Assembly: GCA_034678545.1 (NCBI GenBank) | Contig: JAXDBS010000095.1 | Span: 46,248-110,247, forward strand | DNA from: Candidatus Cloacimonadaceae bacterium | GTDB taxonomy: Bacteria > Cloacimonadota > Cloacimonadia > Cloacimonadales > Cloacimonadaceae | Length of the DNA stretch: 64,000 bases | Direction of reading: 5' to 3' | Shown here: in pieces, positions 28,001 to 36,514 of the stretch | Numbering within the stretch: the first letter of the stretch is position 1 | How the letters are laid out: each line of letters opens with the position of its first letter | Notes under the pieces: model-generated | Databases searched by the model: none | What the model saw: the letters and a program-made list of their open reading frames with translations, nothing else | Told to the model about the DNA's origin: nothing | Translations under genes and position numbers: made by a program

Positions 28001-28846
28001 CAGGACGTGATCATGAAAGTCAAATCCGCCCTGGAAGAAAGTGAAAACATCTACCGAAAGGCACGCGAACGCCTGAAACATGGCGATGAGCTTGCTTACG
28101 GAGTCCGCAAGATGGTCAAAGTCTATGTTGCTAAAAAGCGTAAGATTGAAGTGGGCGACAAGATGGCGGGTCGGCATGGCAACAAGGGCGTGATTTCCAT
28201 TATCGCGCCCATCGAGGATATGCCTTTCATGGAAGACGGAACGCCGATCGACATTGTCCTCAATCCTTTGGGCGTGCCCTCCCGTATGAATATCGGGCAG
28301 ATAATGGAAACGCATTTGGGCATGGCAGCTAAAATGCTGGGCTTTGATGTAGAAACCCCGATCTTTGATGGAGCCGCAATCGAGAACATAGAGGAAGAGC
28401 TTATCAAGGCTGGCTTGCCCCGCGACGGCAAGCAAATCCTGTATGACGGGAAGACCGGCGACAGGTTCAGGGAAAGGGTAACGGTTGGTATCATTTATAT
28501 GATGAAACTGAATCACCTTGTGGCTGACAAGATGCACGCCCGTTCCACAGGACCCTATTCACTGATCACGCAGCAGCCACTGGGCGGCAAAGCCCAGCAT
28601 GGCGGGCAGCGTCTGGGTGAAATGGAAGTCTGGGCGCTGGAAGCCTACGGCGCCGCTCACCTGCTGGAGGAAATGCTGACCATCAAATCGGATGACGTGG
28701 ACGGGCGCAACAGCGCTTTCAAGGCCATCACACGTGGAGATAACCCGCCTCCTCCGGGAGTGCCGGAAAGCTTTAACGTCCTGGTTAGCGAATTAAAATC
28801 GCTGGGCTTTGACATCGAGTTTCTTCAGGAAGACGAACTGGAGTAG
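25067..28846 (+). CDS. rpoB: DNA-directed RNA polymerase subunit beta
   Basis: GDKMAGRHGNKGVIS and NPLGVPSRMNIGQ signatures. The track start at 25025 is a TTG. I prefer TTG 25067 (MRTIKSYSRI...), which has AAGGAG at 25054-25059 with 7-nt spacing. The start is uncertain by 14 codons. Confidence 0.95.
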   Translation: MRTIKSYSRINKRFQELGIPRVEIPDLLAMQVESFNDFLQKDIHPQFRQKKGLQAVFESIFPLEDPKGNFLLEFIEYNVLKEKYSITECIERNLSYQAPLKAKMRLTIYENRENERVVKDVIEQDVFLGEIPLITEQGTFIVNGAERVVISQLQRSPGVYFSEEKHPSGKTLYSAKIIPYNGSWLEFDIDLHDVMYVHIDKRRKLPVTVLLRAIGISENGDLRDKFYQKEKLAPKAAKGRHLYSDIPSDDPAKPLALANDLVNDALIKVLTEAKINTIEAIDYNYEIARKVLENTIAKDPTNNQAEALEKIYSIIRPGEEATPETAKQMIDRMFFNEKRYNLGDVGRYKINKRLDLKVSLDTLTLTVADFVQIFKTMINIYRDEDSIDDIDNLANRRVRTVGELLQEQYASGLSMMSRIVLERMSIANTDDVNVHDLVNSNALISVVQSFFLTGQLSQFMEQTNPLAGLRHKRALSALGPGGLTRDRAGFEVRDVHHSHYGRVCPIETPEGPNIGLIVSPAIYSRINRFGFIETPYIRVKNGVVTDQYEWMDAAEEEKYTIAQPNVVLDKKRRITDEVIFARQKGEFIQVKPTEVQFIDVSPQQMVSVSAAMIPFLEHDDANRALMGSNMQRQAVPLINPVAPVVGTGMEMIASYDTSSVTLAPYDCEITNVNSEFIEVKPLDEKDEAFYLSQGNRIYLKKFLRTNQDTCINQRATVRKGDIVKKGQPITDGPCVEDNRLALGTNMLVAFMPWYGYNYEDAIILSEKVAREDTLTSIYIEELEVMVRNVKNGKEELAYDIPNVPAHALRNLDKTGIIRVGSVIQAGDIIVGKVTPKSIEIDPSPEENLMRALFGDRAGDFTNSSLKAKPGMEGVVIDVKVFSRLEETGDVEEKNVKLIDTLKQELNERRIKIENFKEEKLSACLVGEVAKSLTDEKTGMYFIPAGKKIKKDDLKRINFKKLNLEVEMVEDREKNMQIYQDVIMKVKSALEESENIYRKARERLKHGDELAYGVRKMVKVYVAKKRKIEVGDKMAGRHGNKGVISIIAPIEDMPFMEDGTPIDIVLNPLGVPSRMNIGQIMETHLGMAAKMLGFDVETPIFDGAAIENIEEELIKAGLPRDGKQILYDGKTGDRFRERVTVGIIYMMKLNHLVADKMHARSTGPYSLITQQPLGGKAQHGGQRLGEMEVWALEAYGAAHLLEEMLTIKSDDVDGRNSAFKAITRGDNPPPPGVPESFNVLVSELKSLGFDIEFLQEDELE

Positions 28847-28856
28847 GGGGAAGGCA

Positions 28857-31800
28857 ATGAAAGACAACCATCGTGATCACCGCAACCTGTCCTACGATCT
28901 GGTCAGGATCAAGCTGGCGTCTCCGGAAGTCATCCGTGACGAATGGAGTTACGGCGAGGTTACAAAGCCTGACACACTGAATTACCGGACGCTCAAACCG
29001 GAAAAGGACGGCCTGTTTTGCGAACGCATCTTCGGCCCGGAACGGGATTATGAATGCGCCTGCGGCAAATACAAAAAGAAACGTTTCCAAAACACTGTCT
29101 GCGACCGCTGCGGAGTCCTGGTCACTTCTTCCAGGATCAGGCGCACCCGCATGGGACATATTGATCTGGCCGTACCAGTGGCGCATATCTGGTTCGTGAA
29201 AAGCGCTCCCAGCAAGATCGGAGTCCTGTTGGACATGACGGTCAAGGACCTGGAACGCGTACTATATTACGAATCATATATTGTAATTGATCCGGGCGAC
29301 AGTCCCTACGAGCGCTTGGAACTGATAGATGTTGACGAATTTTACGAAGTGAAGGATAAACTGGACGGCAACTTCCTGGCCATGATCGGCGCTGAGGCGG
29401 TTAAGGAACTGCTAAGCCGCATTGACCTCGAAGGTGAACAGCAGAATCTGAAAGCGCTTCTCAAGATGGAGGTTTCCGCACTCCGAAAACAAAAGATCAT
29501 TAACAAGCTGAAAATAGTGGATGCCTTCCTGCAATCCGGAAACCTGCCTCAACACATGGTTATGGACGTGCTGCCTGTTCTGCCGCCTACCCTGCGGCCT
29601 TTGGTCCCGCTGGAAGGAGGCAGGTTCGCGACGGCAGATTTCAACGACCTCTACCGCAGGGTCATCACACGCAACAACCGCCTGAGGCAGTTGCTGGAGA
29701 TACATGCGCCCGAAGTGATCCTGCGCAACGAAAAACGGATGCTGCAGGAGGCGGTGGACGCTCTGATCGACAATTCGCGCAAGGCTCGTCCGGTCAGAGG
29801 CCGGGGCAACAGGCCCCTCAAATCCCTGACCGACCAGCTCAAAGGAAAACAGGGCCGCTTCCGCCAAAACCTCTTGGGTAAGCGGGTTGACTACTCCGGC
29901 CGTTCAGTGATCACTGTCGGTCCCGAACTTAAACTGTGGCAGTGCGGCCTGCCCAAGGAAATGGCAGTTGAACTCTTCAAACCTTATCTGATCGAGCGTC
30001 TGCAGAAGATGGGCGAGGTGGACAAGGTCAAGAATGCCAAGAAACTGATTGAAAAGAAGCAGCCGGAGATCTGGAGCATTCTGGAAGACGTTATCAAAAA
30101 TTATCCTGTTCTTCTGAATCGTGCTCCCACCCTGCACCGCCTTGGTATCCAAGCCTTTATGCCGGTTCTGACGGAAAACAAGGCAATCCAATTGCACCCC
30201 ATGGTTTGCGTACCCTTTAATGCAGACTTCGATGGAGACCAGATGGGTGTTTATGTTCCGCTTTCGCAGGAGGCGCAGATTGAAGCCCGCATTCTTATGT
30301 TATCCACCCGCAATCTGCTCCTGCCCTCCAATGGCAGGCTGTCCATGGCGGCCAACCAGGATATCGTGCTGGGATGCTATTATCTGACTATGGAGGAGGA
30401 ACCTCCACCCAAGGACGTCAAACAGCTGCGCCATTTCTACGGAATGGACGAAGTTGTCATGGCCTACGAGCAGCAGGAACTGCTTTACAGCGCCAAAAGT
30501 GACGCGGCCGACGAACGCAGCCTTGATTTGCATTCCTGGATCAGGCTCAAACTCGGAAGTGAATATATTGTCACGACTGTGGGCCGGGTTATCTTCAACC
30601 AGGTTCTGCCAGCCAAGATCGGATTCCAGAATATCACCTATGACAAGGGCAAGCTCAATGACCTCGCCATGCTCTGCTACGAAGCTGTCGGGCAGTGGGA
30701 AACCGCCGATATTCTGGACAACGTCAAGGAAACCGGATTCCGCTATGCCACGAGAGCGGGTGTAACTTTCAGCTTTGGTGACATCATTGTGCCCGTCAAG
30801 AAGCAGCAGATCCTGGATGGGGCCGAAAGAGAGGTCCAGAAGATATTCGACCTCCAGATGAAAGGCGGAATCACTGAAAACGAGCGCTTTTCCCGCGTCG
30901 TTGACCAATGGAAAAAAACCTCCGTCCGGGTTACCGACGAGATGATGGAAGACCTTTCCAAGGACAGGAAGGGGCTCAACTCCATTTATATGATGTACAA
31001 ATCCGGCGCCCGCGGCAGCAAGGACCAGATCAAGCAGCTGGGCGGCATGCGGGGCCTGATGGACAAGCCTACCAAAACCACTGCCAGCGCCGGCGGGGAT
31101 GTGATCGAGACCCCTATCAAGTCCAATTTCAAAGAAGGCCTCACTGTTTTGGAATACTTCATCTCCACGCACGGAGCGAGAAAGGGTCTTGCCGACACAG
31201 CGCTGAAAACTGCCGATGCAGGCTACCTGACCCGCAGACTGGTGGACGTTGCCCAGAATGCCATCATTAGCATTGAGGACTGCGGCACTTCCCGCGGCGT
31301 GGAAATGACCTGCCTCAAGGAAGGCAATGAGATCGTCCAGACCTTGGCTGAAAGGATCCAGGGCCGAACCGCAGCCGAGGATGTGATCGATCCCGTCACG
31401 GGCAAGACCATCGTCCAGACCGGCGAAGAGATCACGAACAAAATGGCGCGCACCATCCAGAACCACGGCATCATTTCAGTAAAGGTTCGTTCGGTCCTGA
31501 CCTGCGAGGCGGACCGCGGAATTTGCGCCGCCTGCTACGGCAGGAACCTGGCCACTCAGAAGCCTGTGATCATAGGCGATCCGGTCGGTATTATTGCCGC
31601 GCAAAGCATCGGTGAGCCTGGCACGCAACTCACGCTGAGGACCTTCCATATCGGCGGAGCAGCCAGCACGGCTACGGAACTGGCCGAAGTGGCCTCCAGC
31701 TATGACGGGATTATCAGGTTTGAACGCATGAACTTTGTCACCAACCGTGAAAACCAGTTGATCTCGGTCAGCCATCTGGGCAAGATCATCATCGTAGATG

Positions 31801-33332
31801 AAAAAGACAAAAACAAGGTCCTGGAGGAATACAAGGTCGAATACGCTGCCACCATCCACGTCAGGGACGGCCAGAAAGTGGCCAGGGACACCGTTCTGCT
31901 GAGCTGGGACCAGTACAACAACCCGCTCATCTCGACCGCCAAGGGTGTCCTGCATTATGACAATTTCCTCAAGGACCTTACCTTCAAGGAAGAATACAAC
32001 GACATCACCTACACGCGGGACATCACGATCATTGAATCCAAGGAACGCAAGGTCCAGCCCCAGTTCAAGATCATCGGTGACGACGGGCGCGCTACCCAGG
32101 TTCCACTGCAGACAGGGCTGATCGTCCGGGTTGAGGACGGCAGCTACGTTTACCCCGGCGACATTCTGGGTCAAACCTCGAGGACCACTATCAAGCAGCG
32201 CGATATCACGGGCGGCCTGCCCCGCGTGCAGGATCTGTTTGAGGCCCGCGTGCCCAAGGACAAGGCCAAGATCTCTGAAATTGACGGGCTGGTCACCATC
32301 GGCGGCCTGAAAAAGACCGGCCGCGATATCTTTGTCACGCCCACCAACGGCCTTTTTGCACCTGCCGAAGGTAAAGTCCTGGTTGAGAACAGGGATGACC
32401 GGATCGTGATCGTCGTATTGCCCGAACAGACTGTCTATGTTGACAAGGACGGCAAAGTAACCATAACCGAGGAAAGGAAAAAACAGATCGTCACTGTCAC
32501 CAAAAAGAATGCCAAACCGGTCGCGTATGAAATCCCCAGGAAAATGGAAATTATCGTCCATGACGGTGATTCCGTCAAGGCTGGCACACCGCTTTGCGGA
32601 TTGGTTTACGATGTTCCCTCCGATCAGGAAAGCATCGTGGCCACCGGCGATCCCATCAGAGAGGGGCAACCTCTGGCCGGGCGCAAATATGCCATCCCTT
32701 CCGGCAAGCGCATCATAGTTCATCAGGGTGACTGGGTGGAAAGCGGCGACGCCTTGTCTGACGGTCCGTTCGACCCGCACGATATGCTTGTAAAGGGTAT
32801 CATTGAAGCCCAGATGCTGATCCTCAACGAAGTTCAGGAGATCTACCGAAAGCAGGGCGTGAAGATCGACGACAAGCACATCAGTGTCATCATCCGCCAG
32901 ATGTTCAAGAAAGTGCGCATTATAGATCCCGGCCAGACCAGCTTCCTGGAAGGCGACATCGTTGACAAGGTGGCTGTGGAAAAGGAAAACCGCCTGGCTC
33001 AGGACAACGACCTGGAGCCCGCGCAGTTCGAACAGCTGCTGCTGGGCATCACCAAAACTTCCCTGTTAACTGACAGCTGGCTCTCAGCCGCGTCATTTCA
33101 GGAGACCACCAAGGTGTTGACCAAGGCTTCCATCGAGGGCCGGGTCGATCATCTGGAAGGCCTCAAGGAAAGCATCATCATGGGTCACCGCATCCCTGTG
33201 GGCACCGGTTCCCGCATCTATACCCAACGGGTCAAGCAGGCTTTGGCGGAAGGCAAGACGGTGGCCGAGATCGTTGAAGAGATAGCGCATCCGGCGGAAA
33301 GTGAAACCGCTGAAAGCATATATGACTTCTAA
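28857..33332 (+). CDS. rpoC: DNA-directed RNA polymerase subunit beta-prime
   Basis: NADFDGDQM catalytic motif and zinc-binding [20 protein letters not shown]. Start moved to ATG 28857 (MKDNHRDH...), just after the rpoB stop at 28844-28846. Confidence 0.97.
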   Translation: MKDNHRDHRNLSYDLVRIKLASPEVIRDEWSYGEVTKPDTLNYRTLKPEKDGLFCERIFGPERDYECACGKYKKKRFQNTVCDRCGVLVTSSRIRRTRMGHIDLAVPVAHIWFVKSAPSKIGVLLDMTVKDLERVLYYESYIVIDPGDSPYERLELIDVDEFYEVKDKLDGNFLAMIGAEAVKELLSRIDLEGEQQNLKALLKMEVSALRKQKIINKLKIVDAFLQSGNLPQHMVMDVLPVLPPTLRPLVPLEGGRFATADFNDLYRRVITRNNRLRQLLEIHAPEVILRNEKRMLQEAVDALIDNSRKARPVRGRGNRPLKSLTDQLKGKQGRFRQNLLGKRVDYSGRSVITVGPELKLWQCGLPKEMAVELFKPYLIERLQKMGEVDKVKNAKKLIEKKQPEIWSILEDVIKNYPVLLNRAPTLHRLGIQAFMPVLTENKAIQLHPMVCVPFNADFDGDQMGVYVPLSQEAQIEARILMLSTRNLLLPSNGRLSMAANQDIVLGCYYLTMEEEPPPKDVKQLRHFYGMDEVVMAYEQQELLYSAKSDAADERSLDLHSWIRLKLGSEYIVTTVGRVIFNQVLPAKIGFQNITYDKGKLNDLAMLCYEAVGQWETADILDNVKETGFRYATRAGVTFSFGDIIVPVKKQQILDGAEREVQKIFDLQMKGGITENERFSRVVDQWKKTSVRVTDEMMEDLSKDRKGLNSIYMMYKSGARGSKDQIKQLGGMRGLMDKPTKTTASAGGDVIETPIKSNFKEGLTVLEYFISTHGARKGLADTALKTADAGYLTRRLVDVAQNAIISIEDCGTSRGVEMTCLKEGNEIVQTLAERIQGRTAAEDVIDPVTGKTIVQTGEEITNKMARTIQNHGIISVKVRSVLTCEADRGICAACYGRNLATQKPVIIGDPVGIIAAQSIGEPGTQLTLRTFHIGGAASTATELAEVASSYDGIIRFERMNFVTNRENQLISVSHLGKIIIVDEKDKNKVLEEYKVEYAATIHVRDGQKVARDTVLLSWDQYNNPLISTAKGVLHYDNFLKDLTFKEEYNDITYTRDITIIESKERKVQPQFKIIGDDGRATQVPLQTGLIVRVEDGSYVYPGDILGQTSRTTIKQRDITGGLPRVQDLFEARVPKDKAKISEIDGLVTIGGLKKTGRDIFVTPTNGLFAPAEGKVLVENRDDRIVIVVLPEQTVYVDKDGKVTITEERKKQIVTVTKKNAKPVAYEIPRKMEIIVHDGDSVKAGTPLCGLVYDVPSDQESIVATGDPIREGQPLAGRKYAIPSGKRIIVHQGDWVESGDALSDGPFDPHDMLVKGIIEAQMLILNEVQEIYRKQGVKIDDKHISVIIRQMFKKVRIIDPGQTSFLEGDIVDKVAVEKENRLAQDNDLEPAQFEQLLLGITKTSLLTDSWLSAASFQETTKVLTKASIEGRVDHLEGLKESIIMGHRIPVGTGSRIYTQRVKQALAEGKTVAEIVEEIAHPAESETAESIYDF

Positions 33333-33370
33333 ATAAGATAAACACACTAAAAAGTGGAGGAAAGAAACAA

Positions 33371-33754
33371 GTGCCAACCATTAATCAGCTAATCCGCAAA
33401 GGCAGAACTGAGGTTATCACCAAAAAGAAAACCAGGGCGCTGATGGGATGTCCGCAAAGGCGCGGAGTATGCACTCGTGTTTACACGACGACGCCCAAGA
33501 AACCCAATTCAGCCTTGCGCAAGGTTGCCCGTGTCCGGCTCGTGAACGGATTTGAAGTCACGGCATACATTCCTGGCGAAGGGCACAACCTGCAGGAACA
33601 CTCCATTGTGATGGTGCGCGGAGGCCGTGTCAAGGACCTGCCCGGCGTGCGTTACCATATCATTCGCGGCGCCCTTGACACCGCCGGCGTGGATAAACGG
33701 GTGAATTCCCGCTCCAAGTACGGCACCAAGCGTCCCAAGGCTGCCAAGAAGTAG
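33371..33754 (+). CDS. rpsL: 30S ribosomal protein S12
   Basis: GTG start; [11 protein letters not shown]...[17 protein letters not shown] signature. Confidence 0.97.
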   Translation: MPTINQLIRKGRTEVITKKKTRALMGCPQRRGVCTRVYTTTPKKPNSALRKVARVRLVNGFEVTAYIPGEGHNLQEHSIVMVRGGRVKDLPGVRYHIIRGALDTAGVDKRVNSRSKYGTKRPKAAKK

Positions 33755-33766
33755 GGGGAGGGGAGC

Positions 33767-34237
33767 ATGCCGAGAAAGAGAAGAGCTGTCCTCAGGGAAG
33801 TGCTGCCGGATCCTAAATACAACGATCTGGTCGTGACCAAGTTCATGAACTGCGTCATGAAACGCGGCAAGAAATCCGTGGCGGAAAGAATCGTCTACGG
33901 TGCGTTTGATATCATTGCCGACAAAACCAAACAGGATCCCCTGGAGGTTTTCAAGAACGCGCTGGAAAACGTCCGGCCCCTCGTCAAGGTGATGTCCCGA
34001 CGCGTCGGCGGTTCCAACTACCAGATCCCCACCGAGGTGACTGAAAAGAACGGCCGCGCCATCGCTTTCCGCTGGATCATCAGCTATGCCCGCGCCCGCT
34101 CTGAAAAGACCATGCGCGACAAGCTGGCCGGTGAGCTTCTGGCCGCCTACAAGAAAGAAGGCAACAGCATCAAGAAACGCGAGGACACCCACAAGATGGC
34201 CGAGGCCAACAAAGCCTTCGCCCATCTGCGCTGGTAG
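33767..34237 (+). CDS. rpsG: 30S ribosomal protein S7
   Basis: [20 protein letters not shown]...[10 protein letters not shown], the canonical S7 termini. Confidence 0.97.
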   Translation: MPRKRRAVLREVLPDPKYNDLVVTKFMNCVMKRGKKSVAERIVYGAFDIIADKTKQDPLEVFKNALENVRPLVKVMSRRVGGSNYQIPTEVTEKNGRAIAFRWIISYARARSEKTMRDKLAGELLAAYKKEGNSIKKREDTHKMAEANKAFAHLRW

Positions 34238-34311
34238 CCTCTGAACAAACGCCAGTCTACGCCAGAAAACCTTATCCTGCGCAGGCTGGAAGCCGGTTTA
34301 TAAACTAATCA

Positions 34312-34337
34312 AGCCCGTCTCACGACGGGCTTTTTTT
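34312..34337 (+). terminator. Rho-independent terminator after rpsG
   Basis: agcccgtc-tcac-gacgggct followed by ttttttt. Confidence 0.85.
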
Positions 34338-34380
34338 GTGTTTCCAAAGATTCGATCCAAACCTTTTTTTCCTGCTTCCT

Positions 34381-34465
34381 CCCTGCTTGCACTACGGGCC
34401 CAATACGGACCCAATACGGACTTTGTCCGTATTGGGTCCGTAATGCTATTAAGGGCGAAGCAGGG
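34381..34465. repeat. Palindromic intergenic repeat, copy 2 of 3
   Basis: ccctgcttgcacTACGGGCCCAATACGGACCCAATACGGACtttGTCCGTATTGGGTCCGTAatgctattaagggcgaagcaggg. Hairpin at 34404-34442. The outer ends CCCTGCTT / AAGCAGGG are also complementary. Confidence 0.9.
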
Positions 34466-34551
34466 ATTTCAGCCGGAGAGCAGCAGGGAAGGCATGTTTG
34501 AATCTACCGGACTTTCTAATCCGGCCCGGGAACGGTTCTAACAGATATTCA

Positions 34552-34580
34552 TTGACAGATATGTAAATATTTGTATAAAT
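34552..34580 (+). promoter_or_regulatory. Sigma-70-type promoter for the 34619 gene
   Basis: TTGACA (34552-57), 16 nt, then TATAAA(T) (34574-80), with TG at 34572-73 as an extended -10. It ends about 39 nt before ATG 34619. Confidence 0.6.
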
Positions 34581-34618
34581 GCCATGGTAGCATTTACGTA
34601 GGATGAAAAGGAGATATC

Positions 34619-35245
34619 ATGGACAACAAATTCACCGATTTTCTGGCGCCCTATCTGGCTTTCATCGACAAGGGGGAGATCTTCAGAAAGCCTTTCGGCT
34701 GGATGTATGTGATCATCGCCTTTCTTAATCTTCTCTTGCCGTTGTATATCCTGATCAAGGCCATCGACATCGGCATCTTTGAAGCTCCGGCCGCTATCGT
34801 GTTCGCGATGATCCTGTTCTGGATCGTGCTTGCCGCAGCAGGCTGGTTCAGTTTTCAGATCTGGTGGAACCGGGCCAGGCAGGTGGTCAATGCGGACGAT
34901 CAGGATGACAAGTTCGTGGCCATTCCCGTAGTTTCCCATTTTATTCAAACGGTGGGAGAGTGGTTTGGGACCTGGTTTGGCTTTGTAGGTTTGTTTATCA
35001 CGCTGATCTCAATGATCCTGCTCAAGGGAGGCAGTTTTGTATACTCCCTGGGATTGCCCCTGCCTTCTTACGGGTGGCTGGGGATTGTCCTGTTTCCCAT
35101 TATCGGTTTGCTGATCATCCTGTTCACGCGCTTCATATCGGAATCTTGGAATGCGATAGCGGCCATCGCCAACAATACTGCCCACCACAAGCCGTCCGAG
35201 CCGGAAAAGAATCCTGCTCAGGAACCGGTTACACTGGAGGAGTGA
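34619..35245 (+). CDS. Hypothetical multi-pass membrane protein (208 aa)
   Basis: Four or five hydrophobic helices (e.g. WMYVIIAFLNLLLPLYILI, AAIVFAMILFWIVLAAAGWF, WFGFVGLFITLISMILL, LGIVLFPIIGLLIILF). RBS AAAGGAG upstream. No family recognised. Confidence 0.65.
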   Translation: MDNKFTDFLAPYLAFIDKGEIFRKPFGWMYVIIAFLNLLLPLYILIKAIDIGIFEAPAAIVFAMILFWIVLAAAGWFSFQIWWNRARQVVNADDQDDKFVAIPVVSHFIQTVGEWFGTWFGFVGLFITLISMILLKGGSFVYSLGLPLPSYGWLGIVLFPIIGLLIILFTRFISESWNAIAAIANNTAHHKPSEPEKNPAQEPVTLEE

Positions 35246-35426
35246 TTCTTAATCCGAGAAGAATGTTTGCTTCAAGCTTTTTGGCATAGACTCTGACACC
35301 CTTGATGCGGGCGTCTGGAATAGCTTCCTGGAAAGCGGATGTTTTCCATTGACGAACCGGCAGGTTCCAAAAAATGGCACAAGTTGATTTTGCTTAATTG
35401 CATAAAAGAGATCAGAGGAGAATAGA

Positions 35427-35603
35427 ATGGCAAAGAATCACCGCGGCAAAGGCATCCGGAATCTGCCCAATCACGGCAGGGGTGAATGCCCCGGCTGCCA
35501 CCGGACCGGCGTCAAGATCACGCACGAGATCAAGGCCGGAGAAAAGACCGTTAAGGTCTGCAAGATCTGCAGCAAGGCAGATCCTGCCAAATTAGCGCTG
35601 TAA
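35427..35603 (+). CDS. Small zinc-ribbon protein (58 aa; below the ORF-track cut-off)
   Basis: Hand translation: MAKNHRGKGIRNLPNHGRGECPGCHRTGVKITHEIKAGEKTVKVCKICSKADPAKLAL. Two CxxC pairs. GAGGAG RBS ~6 nt upstream of the ATG (AGAGGAG at 35414-35420). Preferred over the Arg-rich overlapping track ORF 35398-35595. Confidence 0.5.
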   Translation: MAKNHRGKGIRNLPNHGRGECPGCHRTGVKITHEIKAGEKTVKVCKICSKADPAKLAL

Positions 35604-35625
35604 GCGATTAGTTACAGAATCAAAA

Positions 35626-35657
35626 CTCCGGGCCGGGGGCTGATACCGGGCCCGGAG
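35626..35657 (+). terminator. GC-rich hairpin after the small zinc-ribbon ORF (non-canonical terminator or processing site)
   Basis: ctccgggcc...ggcccggag, a 9-bp GC-rich stem plus 2 inner pairs. No U-tract follows, and rsmA starts at 35684. Confidence 0.3.
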
Positions 35658-35683
35658 TCCTCATTAAAAGCAACTCTGAGGAT

Positions 35684-36514
35684 ATGTTGCCCCCCCTGCA
35701 CCCAATCCGGCAGTTTGGCCAGCACTTTTTAACAGATACCGGGACAGCCGACCAGATCATTGAAGCATCCGAAATCCAGGCCGGAGAACCGGTGTGGGAG
35801 ATCGGCCCCGGCAAAGGCATCCTGACCGGTAGAATCCTGAAATTCACCAATGATCTGACGGCCTTTGAGATAGACACCCGTCTCAGCAACTTTCTGCAAC
35901 AGCAGTTCGGGCGCGCGGTGCAAATTCTCAACCGGGATGTTCTGGCCTGCGACTGGGAAGCCATGCTGGCAGCCAAGGAGGCTGCTTCCGGCCGAAAAGT
36001 CAAGCTGGTTTCCAACCTGCCTTACCAGATCACTTCGCCTGTCCTGTACGCTTTGGAAGAAAACGCGCGGTGGTTCAGCCGAGCAGTGCTCATGCTGCAG
36101 AAGGAGGTGGCGGAACGGCTGGCGGCCAGAGCGGGCTGCAAGGCCTACGGGGTGCTGACTCTGAGGATCAGGTATTACTTTGATCTGAAACTCCTGTTCA
36201 ACGTACCACCAGAGTCCTTTGACCCGATCCCGAAGGTAAGTTCATCCGTTGTCGTGCTGACGCCACGGTCAGATCCTCCCGCGCTTAAATCCCTTGACAC
36301 ATACAGAATGATCATTAAAAAAGCTTTTATCCACAGACGCAAGACCTTAAAGAATAATCTGCGCTGCCTGTACTCCGAAAAACAGCTTGAGAGGCTGGAA
36401 CGGGAAAGCGGAATAGATTTCCGGCGCAGGGGAGAAACGATTGAAGAAGGCGAGTTTGCTCATCTGGCTGATTGCGCTTATGAGCTGCCCGGTCCTCAGC
36501 CAGACCGGAGTTAA
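35684..36514 (+). CDS. rsmA: 16S rRNA (adenine1518/1519-N6)-dimethyltransferase
   Basis: RQFGQHFLTD start motif, SAM-binding VWEIGPGKGILT, and VSNLPYQITSP. Confidence 0.93.
   Translation: MLPPLHPIRQFGQHFLTDTGTADQIIEASEIQAGEPVWEIGPGKGILTGRILKFTNDLTAFEIDTRLSNFLQQQFGRAVQILNRDVLACDWEAMLAAKEAASGRKVKLVSNLPYQITSPVLYALEENARWFSRAVLMLQKEVAERLAARAGCKAYGVLTLRIRYYFDLKLLFNVPPESFDPIPKVSSSVVVLTPRSDPPALKSLDTYRMIIKKAFIHRRKTLKNNLRCLYSEKQLERLERESGIDFRRRGETIEEGEFAHLADCAYELPGPQPDRS

Noticed and set aside
30300-34225. Long minus-strand ORFs (30300-31466, 31476-32879, 33509-34225)
   Set aside because: They are antisense to rpoC, rpsL and rpsG. They have no recognisable domains and are frame-shadow artefacts of highly expressed, codon-biased genes.
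35398-35595. 65-aa track ORF (MHKRDQRRIEWQRITAAKASG…)
   Set aside because: It has Arg/Ala/Ser-rich out-of-frame composition and no RBS. The overlapping 58-aa zinc-ribbon frame (35427-35603) has a GAGGAG RBS and two CxxC pairs.
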